A stretch of DNA of 64,000 nt from Diplonema japonicum (taxonomy: Eukaryota; Protista; Euglenozoa: Diplonemea), in assembly GCA_964019335.1 (NCBI GenBank), contig OZ025690.1, positions 62,001 through 126,000 on the forward strand. The letters are read 5' to 3'. Made by a program: the position numbers and the translations under genes. This document shows, piece after piece, positions 12,275 through 23,093 of this stretch (the stretch's first letter is position 1; each line of letters begins with the position of its first letter). The notes under the pieces are model-generated. The model ran no database searches and had not been told where the DNA came from. It saw only the letters and a list, made by a program, of their open reading frames with translations.

Positions 12275-13281
12275 CTTTGGGAAGGACAATAAAAAAAAAG
12301 GGAAAGAAAACATTTTTTTTTAAAAAAAAAAAAGACGCTTAAAACGAGAAGAATTGAAAAGAAGAAGAAAAAAAGAAACAGCAGCTTGGGTTTCCTTTTT
12401 TTTTTTTTTTTTTTACTCGGCCACCCAATCTATATTTGGTGGGGGGGGGGGGGGATAACGCTGTTTGGTTTTTTTCTTCTTCTCCTTTCGATGATCTTTT
12501 TTTTTCCTTCGTTTATTGTGTGCTTTTTTTTGTTTTTTTTTTGTTTTTTTTTTTTGATTTTTCATGGGAAAGGGCGGGATTTCTCCTTTTTTTTCTTCTT
12601 CTGTTGCACAGGTAGGGGGGGTTTTTTCGGTCTCGTAAATGCTCGTCAAACGACCCTTTTTTTTTTTTTTTTTTAAAGGCAACTGCTGCTAAACGGACCC
12701 TGACAGAATTTCACGAACCGCGGTAAGAAAACGGACTTTGACAAATTTAAAAAAAAAAATTAAGTACAAAACACAACACGCACACCTAAAAGGAAGAAAC
12801 GAGGCATTTAAAAAAAAAAACTTAGAACAAAATGAAAAAATCGATAAGGTCAGTGCAGGGGGATCAAGAAAAAAAATGATTGTAGGGTGTAACACGTTTA
12901 TTTTTTTTTTTTTTCCCTTCTCTTTTTCCCCCCTAACAACCCACTATTATCATTTCTTTTCTTTTTTTCTTTCTTTCGTTTTCTTTCTTCGCCCTGTAGG
13001 ACCTTTTTTTTTCCCCCCCCCGTTTTTTTCTTTTTCTTTTTGTTTTATGACACATGTACAGAAACGTGTACAAAGAAATTAAATTAAAAAACGCAAAAAG
13101 GGGAAAGAAAAAAAAATGCAGAAGGGGGGAGGAAGGGGAAAGGAGGCTATGGAAAAAACCTATTCCTTCCACCCCTCCCCCGGCCTTTTTTTTTTTTTTT
13201 CCTATCCTGGTTCTTCTTCTCCCCCACCCCCCCCAAAAAAAATATATATGACACAAAGAGACGGGAAATGAGGGTTAATCA

Positions 13282-14181
13282 CTATATTGAACACAAAGAA
13301 CTCACCTCACCAACTATACAAGTGATGTCGTCCAGGGACCCAGATGGAAGCGCGGCATTAATACTGGCTTGCGAGGTGATCGCGGCTGCGGTGTCTTGAG
13401 CCGACGAGGATATACAGGAAAGGTAGTCGGATTCGCGCAAATTACTGTCGGTCCCATCGGTGATTAAAATAATAATATCCTTGTCCCTGAGAGAGTAGGT
13501 GGTCACTTCTGCGTCAGAAGGCGAATCACCACATTGCATACCAAGCTGGTAAGGTTTCTGAGGTGAATGCATCTGGATGTCGGTGGACATCACAAGCTTA
13601 CCGTTTCGCACTAATAAACACCTGCAGTCACCCACATTCACCACCTGAAGAGAGCTTCCTCGAATCGCCGCAATGCACACCGCTGCCGACCCGACTACAC
13701 GGGTTCGTTCAAAAGCAGCTTCTAAAATAAGGCTTGGAGACGTCATTCGTGAGAGAACACCTTTTTCCAGAAGGTTTAAACCGTGTTCGGTGAACCTTTT
13801 GCTGTAGTCGCCAGCGTTGACCCCGTAACGTTCCCAGCCGCCGACGCCGTCTGCGATGCATAGGGTGTCTGTGCCTCGTGATATGAACCAGGCGTCTTCG
13901 TTTTTCTGGCCCTTGCCGACTGTGCTTACACCTACGTCCTTGAAGGAGAGGCTTGCTCGGCAGGTTCCCCGTTGCCGGTTGGAGGTTTGCATTCTCTTGC
14001 GAACTATGTCTTTTGCGGCCTTTTCGATATCCGGGTGTTGTTGTAAAAACTCGTCCACCTCCTCAAGTGTGCACACCCCGTCCTTGTCGGAGTCCATCTG
14101 TCTGAACAGATCTACCGCAAGTGTGGACATATTGTTCTTGCGGACGTGGCGGTTGGGTGCCATGGTTACCCATCGCCGCAT
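13282..14181 (-). CDS. PP2C phosphatase, PTC7 family, with N-terminal EF-hand
   Basis: NEDAWF, IADGVGGW, VNVGDC, PYQLG, ITDG and DDIT motifs. EF-loop DSDKDGVCTLEE. Confidence 0.88.
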   Translation of the reverse strand: MRRWVTMAPNRHVRKNNMSTLAVDLFRQMDSDKDGVCTLEEVDEFLQQHPDIEKAAKDIVRKRMQTSNRQRGTCRASLSFKDVGVSTVGKGQKNEDAWFISRGTDTLCIADGVGGWERYGVNAGDYSKRFTEHGLNLLEKGVLSRMTSPSLILEAAFERTRVVGSAAVCIAAIRGSSLQVVNVGDCRCLLVRNGKLVMSTDIQMHSPQKPYQLGMQCGDSPSDAEVTTYSLRDKDIIILITDGTDSNLRESDYLSCISSSAQDTAAAITSQASINAALPSGSLDDITCIVGEVSSLCSI

Positions 14182-14262
14182 ACTCCTTTTGGTTGTGTTT
14201 TTTTTTTTTTGTTTTTTTTTTTTGCAAAGTGGGGGTAAGAAAATGATTTTTTTTTTTTTTTT

Positions 14263-14784
14263 TTAATTCTCTTCCGGCTTTTTTTCTTTCGCCTTCGCCT
14301 TGAACTCCTGGTCCCGTTTCATTTTGTTTTCCTTCTTTTTGTTCCGCTTTGCGGCGCGTGAAGCTGTGCGGTCCGCTTGCTCTCCTTCTCGTTCCTGAAT
14401 TTTTTTTTTCTTTTCTTTTTTTTTTTTTAAATCTCATACTCTTTTTCGCTTTTCGAAACATTCTTTTCTCTTTTCGTCCTCTGCGTGCCTATACATCTTT
14501 TCGACCCGCTGGATCTCATGCCTCCTGGCTATGCGGTACTGGTCAAAAGTGTTGCTGTTTGCACCTGCTATACTGCTGAGCCCGTTTGGCTTAACCTTCA
14601 TGTTGCGGAGTTCCTCATTTAAAACTTCTTCGGAAGGGAGGCCGTGAGGCTTTCTCTCTTTCTTCTCATCTTCATCTCCCTCTGCATACTTCGCGTGGAG
14701 GACCTCCTCCCTAGTTGAGGGAACAGGTATGTTCCCATCCACCAACGCCCTGTATGTGCTCGACCTGTTGTGCTGCGATGCCAT
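14263..14784 (-). CDS. PRKRIP1: PRKR-interacting protein 1 (DUF1168) homologue, 2 exons
   Basis: SSIAGANSNTFDQYRIARRHE matches the family motif SSAGAGSGEFHxYRxxRRRE. Poly-A intron 14395..14439 gives ...DRTASRAAKRNKKK. Confidence 0.8.
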
Positions 14785-14915
14785 TTTTTTTTTTCTTTTT
14801 GTTCCCCCTTTTTTTCTTGTTGTGATAAATGACATGCAAAAAAAAAAAAAAAAAGAAAATATATATGCACAGTACAGTTGATAGAATCTCTCTCTCTCTT
14901 TTTTTTTTTCTTTTT

Positions 14916-14951
<36 letters not shown>

Positions 14952-15396
14952 TTGTTCTATCTAACTTTCTCCCTTTTCTTTTATACTTTCTTCCGAATTG
15001 GACCCTTAAAAAATTTCGAAAAAAAGAAACGCTGTTGCCAAGGGGGCAGGGGAGTAATCTTTTGTAGTGACATTTGCAAAAATCAAAAAAAAAAAGAAGA
15101 AGAACAAGGACGAAGGAAGAAGAAAAAATTCAAAAATCAAAAAAAAAAAAGAGAAGCAAGTACACGCAGGGAGGGGTCTTCCTCTATTATTATTTTCTTT
15201 TTTTTTTTCTTCATGCCGTTTCGTTTTTTTTTTCTTTTTTTTTTTTTTTCTCCTCTTTTTTCTTCTTTTTATTTGCCAACAAAAACTCACGGCACAGCTT
15301 CCAATTAAAAAAAGGCGCACGAAGCGGGGGGACAAAAAAAAAAGAAAAATGAATCACTATGATATGGGGGATGGGAATGAAAGAAAAAAAGCAGCT

Positions 15397-15455
<59 letters not shown>

Positions 15456-15456
15456 A

Positions 15457-15797
15457 TCAGTCGAAATTCAAAGTACTGTCAACCCCTGGTGGATTAATGG
15501 GAGGGTACAAAAGCCCTCTGTGCAACTCCGTGTCCCCTTTGAAGTGGTAAATAAGTTCATTCGAAAGGATAAAACTCCACGAGAGGGTGGGATTAGAGTT
15601 AAAAAGCATGGACACATCTGACACACTTGACCGGTTCTTGATAAGGTATTTTGCCCGAGCGAGAAGCAAACAGTCTATGATAGCCTTTTTTTTTTGGGGG
15701 GGGGGAAAAAAACACATACAGAAGAAGCCTTGTGCCACGGTGTAAAAATAGAAGATTTATGGGCACCATTCCAAGTTTCGGTGTTGTTTCGCCACAA

Positions 15798-15831
<34 letters not shown>

Positions 15832-16667
15832 CCATACCTCGGCCCATTCGGCACAGCGACCACTCTAGGGTACCTCTTGGCCAACCACTCAATTACATCA
15901 TTCTCGTCACTGGCCACAAAAATCACAAACTCCTGCCCCCTTGGAATGTGCGTCTTCACCCTGTCAATAATGGTGGCGAAATTCTCGTAGGCAGGGATAC
16001 AGTCCGCACAAACAAGATTCTTATCGGTCCCCCGGAAGTGGATACCAATCACAAACTTATCTTTGAAATGCTCGTCAGCGAAGGCATCGACCTCGGCCTT
16101 AATGGAAGGCTTCACTCTGATGTACTTCTGCGTCAGTTTGTTCAAAGCTTCGATCCCACACGGTTTCCCGCAAGGTCCCATCAATGGAAAGGGCTGCATG
16201 AGAGGCCTCTTGCCCACTGCTTGGTTGGTAAAGGTTCCCAACATCCCAAACCGCGCTAAGTACTTGTCAAAATGTGCATCGGGGGGGTTTTTAATGGAGG
16301 AGTCTATAACCATTGTGTCCTCGAAGAAATAGTTCCAGTAGTTGTCGCCGGTCTTGTTGACGTAGATGTCAGTGTCAAAGAAAACCCGTACACCGGCTGC
16401 GCCCCATTTCTCACCGTATTTTAAAGCACCCAACACGTGGAAGAAATCTGCGAACATGCCCTGGGCAAGGAGGTTCAGTAGTGGTACGTCCTTCATGGCG
16501 TAGACCACCATCGTTTTCCCGTGCACTGCCTGGTCGAAGTACCCTTCGTCCAGCTTCTCTCGGATCAACGGCCATTCCCAATACACAGCCAGGGTGAACT
16601 GGCAGCAGAGCGTCAGGCAGATCATCTGCCGAAGCCGGGTGCTCATCAACCGTGAGCACACACCCAT
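15457..16667 (-). CDS. NodZ-like (GT23 clan) fucosyltransferase, type II membrane, 3 exons, ~378 aa
   Basis: VIGIHFRGTDK and IFVASDE. Introns 15799..15837 and 15685..15719 restore AIIDCLLLARAKYLIKNRSSVS. Confidence 0.82.
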
Positions 16668-16780
16668 TTCTTTGCTTTTCTTTATTGTATTTTTGTTTTG
16701 TTTTTCTTCTTTTTTTTTTTTTGTGGGGCTGGGCTCCCCTGTGTACGTGTGATAAAAAAATTGGAGGGGGTAGAGAAGGT

Positions 16781-16813
<33 letters not shown>

Positions 16814-16915
16814 TAAGACCATGATCATGTATGGTCGCAAGAGATGGCCTTTTTTTTTTTTTTTTTTTAAATTGGAGGGTAAAAAAAGTTCTTTTTTTTA
16901 AAAAAAAAAGGGGGA

Positions 16916-17608
16916 TTACAGTTTGTGTGCCTTCTGTTCGATAACGGCCATTGTCGGGGATATGCCTATCTCGCGGTTTCTCACGGTGAATATTTTTCTC
17001 TGTTTCGACTGGCTAGAGACCTTCGCCTCCCCCGCATGCGGCAGGAAGGCCTCACGCGTTCTGTGCAGATCGGAGCTCTGAAAGGTGAACCCCCACATAA
17101 ATGCCTTCTTCGACCCAGCACAGTTCTTAGAGATCATGTTAAAGAAGGTGCGTTGTATAGGCGTTGCGCCTGGTGCGTCTAACGAGGCAATCGACGGCGT
17201 GACGACCTCAATGAAAGCATCTCCCACACGGTAGAAGGCCATGGTGCGGCCGAAAAGAGGAACAGGCCCTCTTGTAGGGGCGATGCCGAGGTTGTCTTGG
17301 AAGTCACGGACCACTGCCTGTATGTCCATTGTGAACATTACAATGTGGTCCATCGATGTGATGCCGTTTGTGTGAAGGGGGTTGGTTTCCGCAGCCACGG
17401 GCCGCCGCACTTCGCACGGGACACCATTCACATTGCACGTCCCTTGTACCCCTGTATCCCCTTCAAAGACCAGTTTATTAATACCCGCCTCCCCTTGGAG
17501 CTTGATCGCGACGTTCTGTATCCGCACCGTGTTCCCTTGCTCGATGGTGAACCCTCCCCGTGCCCAGCTTGCACTGCCGTCACCCACGTGTACCTCGGCT
17601 AGTCTCAT
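16916..17608 (-). CDS. VOC/glyoxalase-like superfamily protein
   Basis: 230-aa ORF with a VOC pattern: MDHIVMFTMDI...FQDNLGI, AFYRVGDAFIEVVTP. Confidence 0.75.
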   Translation of the reverse strand: MRLAEVHVGDGSASWARGGFTIEQGNTVRIQNVAIKLQGEAGINKLVFEGDTGVQGTCNVNGVPCEVRRPVAAETNPLHTNGITSMDHIVMFTMDIQAVVRDFQDNLGIAPTRGPVPLFGRTMAFYRVGDAFIEVVTPSIASLDAPGATPIQRTFFNMISKNCAGSKKAFMWGFTFQSSDLHRTREAFLPHAGEAKVSSQSKQRKIFTVRNREIGISPTMAVIEQKAHKL

Positions 17609-17658
17609 TGAAAAACGGGTCCTTTATTATTTTTTTTGTTTTTGATTATGTCGTACGT

Positions 17659-17693
<35 letters not shown>

Positions 17694-17698
17694 TATTT

Positions 17699-18973
17699 CT
17701 ACACAAAAGGGTACATAGGTGTGTTGAGAACCCGCAGTTGCGGGTGGTGCGGGGTTTGCATATTGCCGCCTGTTACATCCCGAGGAGGGGTCATCGGCGT
17801 CGCTATGAACGGGGGGATGGGGTCCGTCAGCGACACGGACTCGGGGTACTCTGAAGGGTTGGAATACCCTGTGATGATGAGATGAGGAACTTCATGCTCG
17901 GCAACCGGCGAGGCGGAGGGATCCTTGTCGCGGTGCCACCACAAGAGGTCAGAGAGGACACCAATCACCGTTCCATGTGAACCATCCGTGGCAAGCCTGA
18001 CCCTTTGAAGGTGATAAAACCCCAGCCTACCGCACGCTGTTGTGCTGACATCGAACTCGTACGTAGCCCCGCCCAGTGCTTGGTACTTAAAAGTGTTAGC
18101 ACCGGGGTACACTACAGAAGACGGCATCATCCTAACGCACATGGCTTCAACCGCCGCTAGCTGTTGGTCGTGATCGAACGAGGGTACCCTGACAGGGAGC
18201 TCCACTGGTTTCACGTCGAGGTACATCGGTAGTTTTTCCCGTACCTCGGTCAATGCACTGACAATGTCCATTGGTGTCTTGCCAGTGGACGTTTTGATCA
18301 GATCTTGTAAAGACGAGAGCTCTGCGCGTTTGTTGAGCAAGACATTCCGCTCAGCAGTGATGTACGACGGGCCACCGCAGAGAGATTGCAAAACGGATTC
18401 TTCCATTTGAATTCTTTTTTGATTGACGATATTGACGAGATGGTCGCATTTTTCGTGTATATCATGCAGGATTCGTCCTGGGTCGCGAGATGCCTCGAAA
18501 CAACGTAGCTGTGCCAGCAGCCTGTCCATGTGAATCACTTCCGATCGTATCTTTCCTTCAAGAGATGGTATGACAGCGAGGTACGTGCTTGCTGCGTCTT
18601 GCAAGGTTTGTAAGGGTCTTCCCTTGTACCGTCCTACCACGGCGCAGATCGCGCATACGAATGTTCCGTCTTCTTGGCAGTGGAACTGAACGACCTCACC
18701 AGAGCTGCATTGGCATTTGACTGCGTTTGTTGGCTGTGGTCGGGTGGTCGGGGAAGGGGCTTTCTGCTTCACGAATAGTTTGCGCGCCACGATTGCTTCC
18801 TCTACGCTACTTGGCTCCCGTGTTACGCCGTCGACCTTCATGGTTATGCTGTCTACCTGTACCTCGCATAGTTCCCCTATGTTGCTCATCAACTCTTCTA
18901 TGCTACCGGGCATTTCTAATTTTATTTTTTGTGTCGGAACATCGCCCGATACTATCAGTGTTAGATGGGTCAT
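17699..18973 (-). CDS. B-box zinc finger/coiled-coil protein
   Basis: ATG at 18973 (MTHLTLIV). B-box-like CQCSSGEVVQFHCQEDGTFVCAICAV, then coiled coil, then C-terminal FDVS...GTVIGV..LWWHRD module. Confidence 0.72.
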   Translation of the reverse strand: MTHLTLIVSGDVPTQKIKLEMPGSIEELMSNIGELCEVQVDSITMKVDGVTREPSSVEEAIVARKLFVKQKAPSPTTRPQPTNAVKCQCSSGEVVQFHCQEDGTFVCAICAVVGRYKGRPLQTLQDAASTYLAVIPSLEGKIRSEVIHMDRLLAQLRCFEASRDPGRILHDIHEKCDHLVNIVNQKRIQMEESVLQSLCGGPSYITAERNVLLNKRAELSSLQDLIKTSTGKTPMDIVSALTEVREKLPMYLDVKPVELPVRVPSFDHDQQLAAVEAMCVRMMPSSVVYPGANTFKYQALGGATYEFDVSTTACGRLGFYHLQRVRLATDGSHGTVIGVLSDLLWWHRDKDPSASPVAEHEVPHLIITGYSNPSEYPESVSLTDPIPPFIATPMTPPRDVTGGNMQTPHHPQLRVLNTPMYPFV

Positions 18974-19532
18974 TTCCTTTTTGTTTTTTGTTTTGGTTTT
19001 CTTTTTTTTCTTTTCTTCTTTTTTTTTTTTTCGAGGACGGAAATGAACAAGAAAAAAAAAAAAGAAAACAATAGCCGAGAGAGAGAAAACAGGGAAAACA
19101 AGGGAAAAAGAAAAGACTTCTTCTTTTTTGCGGATGGGTTTTACCCCGGGGGGAGGGTGTGTTGTTGGTGTTTGCGACTGGATGGATCGCAATAATTTCC
19201 CTTTCCCCCCCCTCCCCTCTTTTCTTTTCCTTTGTTTTCTCTTTTTTTTTTTTTGGTTCCGCTCTCTTCTTATTTCGGGTTTTAGTAGTCTTACAGAGCC
19301 TTCTTTGTAAAACACAAGAAGGAATGAAAGAAAATAATTGAAGGGAGGAAAACGCGCGGTTCGCAACGACTCACTAGAATCAAGACTGTTGCCCCGCACG
19401 TTAGGAAGAGAGAAAGAAGAAGAAGGACAGAATATCGCGGGACAGGAAAATCGTTGTGTATAGGGGGAGGGGAGGGGGTCTTTTCTTGGCCTAGATGCAG
19501 AAAAGAATAGAGAGATTGCCTACTACGCAGAC

Positions 19533-22500
19533 TCACCAGTTAGGGGTGTGGAAGCAGCCACACTTTAAACCATAACCCGGCTGTGCCGGGCCTGACCTCT
19601 TGGGGCACATCGGTTTATCGACACACCCTTCAGTCTCGTCAAAGTCGCAGAATGTCTTCGCGCACATCACGTTGTCCTTCAGAGAGCACTGCTGCCCGGC
19701 GGAGTGAACGAACACAGCAAAGTGGAACAGCCTCTTGACAACTGGGATGACAATGGGGGTGCTCCCCGCCTCTATCTGCAGCTTGAAGATCACGGCCGGG
19801 TGGTGTGGAACATCAATGGGGGCACCTGCGTAGACAGGGGCATATCTCGGCCCGCAGCCTGCAGGCGTGAAGCCCGCATCCAGCAGCAGCTTCGGAAGCC
19901 CCCCATTAGTCACGGAGCTGCACGGGAAGCAGTTGTAGATGGTCACGTAGAAGGTGCATGGGTAGTTGCGGTCCGCCCTTCCCTCTGTGCTCGGGCAGCT
20001 CAGCCTCAGTGCCATCCCCTCCTTCCCGAAAGCTCCCATGTGCACGGTCGACCCCTCCAGCCATTTCGGGATTCTCACCCACTGCTGCCCGCTAGTCTCA
20101 TCCCACACCCATACGCCCTGCGGGCCTTCACCTTGCATCCCTTGCACATCCTTCACAACAGGCGCAGGGCCATTGACCAACTCGACAATCCCTTTGTTCC
20201 TCATGTCGAGGGGCGGGGGCGTGCTTGGTACTTCGTAGACAAGGAAGCCCGTCGCAGTGTTGCCGCTTGCAAACACGTTCCCTGTGTCCACGATCAGTAT
20301 GAGGATGAGCAGGGAGCTCTGCTCGATGACGACGAACTTGTTCGGCATGGGCTCGCCCAGGACGATCAGACCCTGCGCCTCGCAGCCAAGGTACAACTTC
20401 GAGTTGTAGACCTTGATGGAGGAACAGTGCGACTGGTCCGACTCACGCAACGGGGCAGGGAGGACCAGGTTTAAGAGCATGCCGTTAAAGGCGTTGAATT
20501 TAACGAGGTTCCCCATGTGGCTGTCTGTCACAGCGTAGATGTGACCTTCCCAATAGATTGCCTGGGACACTGTGAAGACCCCGATGTCAAAGGGCGGGAA
20601 ACTGAACACCAGCACAGGGTGCATGGGGTCCGACACGTCGATCACAACAATGCTGCTCGAGGACATGATGGCGTACACCCTGCCGCCATGCCACACAGAG
20701 CTCATGTGTGTGTCCAAACCAGGGATGACCAGGTGCCCCATCTCAGTGAGGGTATCCTTCTTGATCACAATGAACCAGGTTGCAGGGAGGGAACCACCCT
20801 CATGACAGGTGAGGTAGATGTGCTCAGGGGACTGTTCCATGAACCTCCCCCCACGGGACTTCATGCAGCCAGTTGGATAGTTGTAAGTGTTCATAAGGAC
20901 AGGGGCCGTGGGGTCGGCGAGGTCATAAGACCTAAGCATTGTAGGGAGGGCAATGTACAGCCTGCTGTTCCCGTCTGTTAGAAGGCTCTTCCCTTCCACG
21001 TTTAGTGTTCCCACCTCAACGGGGTTCGTTTTCTCTGTTACGTCGTGTATGTGGAGCCTGTTCGTGTTCTTCAGGAGGTACGTGAAGCTCCCCTCCTTCG
21101 CCATGTCGTAAGCGTCACCGACCACCTGAGAGGAGGCAAGTAACCTAACCTCCGGAAGTGTCTTTGGGACATCGTAGATAACGAGGCCACTCACAGAATC
21201 CCCACCAGAGAAGATGTTACCACTGTCGGCGATGAGGACGGAGAGGAAGTGTGAGGCATCGTGCCCAAGAACCATAAAGGTGTCCCCCATTGACTTCCGC
21301 AGAACGATAAGGCCCTGCTGCTGACAGGCAAGGTATAGTTTCGTGTTGTAGGTCTCGATCGACGTGCAGCGCGTCACGTCCATCTCCCGCAGGGGGTACG
21401 GGAGGTAAACCGTGAGCCGCACCCCAGTGAAAGAGTTAAACTTCATGATGGTCCCTTTGTAGCTGTCCGTCACGGCGTAGATGAAGCCCTGCCAGTACAT
21501 CATCTGAAACACAGAGACCGTCCCGATGTCAAAGCTGGGGAAGGTGAAACTTAAAGCTGGGCGCGTAGCGTCGAAGACGTCAATCACCACAATGCGGCTG
21601 GAAGACATCGCCGCGTACACCTTACCACTGTCCCACACTGAGCTCATGTGCGTGTCCATCCCTGGAATCTTCAGGTGTCCCATCTCAGTAAGAGCCGACC
21701 CCTTCTCTATCACGATGAACCAGGTCATGGGGTTGCCTCCGTCCTCGTGGCAGGTGAGGTAGATGTGTTCAGGGGATTGTGCCATGAACCTCCCCCCGCG
21801 GGTCTTTGTGCACCTTGCTGGGTAGTTGTAAGTATTCATTAGGACAGGGGATGCGGGGTCGGTGAGGTCATACACCCTTAACTTGTCAGCAAGCGCGACG
21901 TACAGCTTGCCTTCGTGCGTCAGCACGCTCTTTCCTTCCACGTCCATTATCCCTACCTCTGTGGGGCTCGCTTTGTTTGTGAAATCAAGGATGTGGATCT
22001 TGTTGGTGTTCTTCAAAAGGTAGACGCAGCCCCCTGCCTTCGCCATATCGTACGTGTCGCCTGGGACGCGGACAGCAGACAGCGTCTGGAGTTCCGGGAC
22101 ACTTTCTGGGACATCGTAGATGTTGAGGCCGTTGGAGGAGTCCCCGCTGGCGAAGATGTAGCCCCCGTGCTCGAAGAGGACGGTGAGGAAGGAACTGCTA
22201 TCCTGCCCCAGTAACTTAATGGTGTTGGGGAAGGGCTCGCTCACGGCAATAAGGCCCTTGTCCTGACAGGCAAGGTACAGCTTTGCGTTGTAGGTTTTGA
22301 TGGACGCGCACCGTGTCATGTCTGACTCCTGCAGTGGGGCAGGGAGGTTCAGCATCTTACGCTCGCCAGTTGCCGCATCGAATTTCATGAGCGTCCCCAT
22401 GTGGCTGTCTGTCACAGCGTAGATGTGGCCTTCCCAGAATATCGTCTGGAACACCGCAACGCTCCCGATGTCAAAGGGCGGGAAACTGAACACCAGCACA

Positions 22501-23093
22501 GGGTGCATGGGGTCCGACACGTCGATCACAACAATGCTGCTCGAGGACATGATGGCGTACACCCTGCCGCCATGCCACACAGAGCTCATGTGTGTGTCCA
22601 AACCAGGGATGACCAGGTGCCCCATCTCAGTGAGGGTATCCTTCTTGATCACAATGAACCAGGTTGCAGGGAGGGAACCACCCTCATGACAGGTGAGGTA
22701 GATGTGCTCAGGGGACTGTTCCATGAACCTCCCCCCACGGGACTTCATGCAGCCAGTTGGATAGTTGTAAGTGTTCATAAGGACAGGGGCCGTGGGGTCG
22801 GCGAGGTCATAAGACCTAAGCATTGTAGGGAGGGCAATGTACAGCCTGCTGTTCCCGTCTGTTAGAAGGCTCTTCCCTTCCACGTTTAGTGTTCCCACCT
22901 CAACGGGGTTCGTTTTCTCTGTTACGTCGTGTATGTGGAGCCTGTTCGTGTTCTTCAGGAGGTACGTGAAGCTCCCCTCCTTCGCCATGTCGTAAGCATC
23001 TCCAGCAACTGGCAGTGAGGCCAGTAGTTGGATCTCAGGTTCTTGTGACGTTGCGGTGGCTACGACCGCTAGCAGTAGGGAAGCCCGTAGCAT
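19533..23093 (-). CDS. secreted LVIVD-repeat (three ~314-aa beta-propeller-like units) protein with Cys-rich C-terminal domain
   Basis: Signal peptide MLRASLLLAVVATA from ATG 23093. IVVIDVSDPMHP/YDLADPTAP LVIVD-like motifs in three ~942-nt units. Confidence 0.8.
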   Translation of the reverse strand: MLRASLLLAVVATATSQEPEIQLLASLPVAGDAYDMAKEGSFTYLLKNTNRLHIHDVTEKTNPVEVGTLNVEGKSLLTDGNSRLYIALPTMLRSYDLADPTAPVLMNTYNYPTGCMKSRGGRFMEQSPEHIYLTCHEGGSLPATWFIVIKKDTLTEMGHLVIPGLDTHMSSVWHGGRVYAIMSSSSIVVIDVSDPMHPVLVFSFPPFDIGSVAVFQTIFWEGHIYAVTDSHMGTLMKFDAATGERKMLNLPAPLQESDMTRCASIKTYNAKLYLACQDKGLIAVSEPFPNTIKLLGQDSSSFLTVLFEHGGYIFASGDSSNGLNIYDVPESVPELQTLSAVRVPGDTYDMAKAGGCVYLLKNTNKIHILDFTNKASPTEVGIMDVEGKSVLTHEGKLYVALADKLRVYDLTDPASPVLMNTYNYPARCTKTRGGRFMAQSPEHIYLTCHEDGGNPMTWFIVIEKGSALTEMGHLKIPGMDTHMSSVWDSGKVYAAMSSSRIVVIDVFDATRPALSFTFPSFDIGTVSVFQMMYWQGFIYAVTDSYKGTIMKFNSFTGVRLTVYLPYPLREMDVTRCTSIETYNTKLYLACQQQGLIVLRKSMGDTFMVLGHDASHFLSVLIADSGNIFSGGDSVSGLVIYDVPKTLPEVRLLASSQVVGDAYDMAKEGSFTYLLKNTNRLHIHDVTEKTNPVEVGTLNVEGKSLLTDGNSRLYIALPTMLRSYDLADPTAPVLMNTYNYPTGCMKSRGGRFMEQSPEHIYLTCHEGGSLPATWFIVIKKDTLTEMGHLVIPGLDTHMSSVWHGGRVYAIMSSSSIVVIDVSDPMHPVLVFSFPPFDIGVFTVSQAIYWEGHIYAVTDSHMGNLVKFNAFNGMLLNLVLPAPLRESDQSHCSSIKVYNSKLYLGCEAQGLIVLGEPMPNKFVVIEQSSLLILILIVDTGNVFASGNTATGFLVYEVPSTPPPLDMRNKGIVELVNGPAPVVKDVQGMQGEGPQGVWVWDETSGQQWVRIPKWLEGSTVHMGAFGKEGMALRLSCPSTEGRADRNYPCTFYVTIYNCFPCSSVTNGGLPKLLLDAGFTPAGCGPRYAPVYAGAPIDVPHHPAVIFKLQIEAGSTPIVIPVVKRLFHFAVFVHSAGQQCSLKDNVMCAKTFCDFDETEGCVDKPMCPKRSGPAQPGYGLKCGCFHTPNW
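20580..22997. repeat. 534-bp apparently identical direct repeat (20580..21113 = 22464..22997)
   Basis: Offset 1884 nt. Translations are identical in the coding frame and in the overlapping antisense ORFs. Confidence 0.9.

Noticed and set aside
14829-15550. K/F-rich ORFs in spacers
   Set aside because: Translations of poly-A/poly-T runs.
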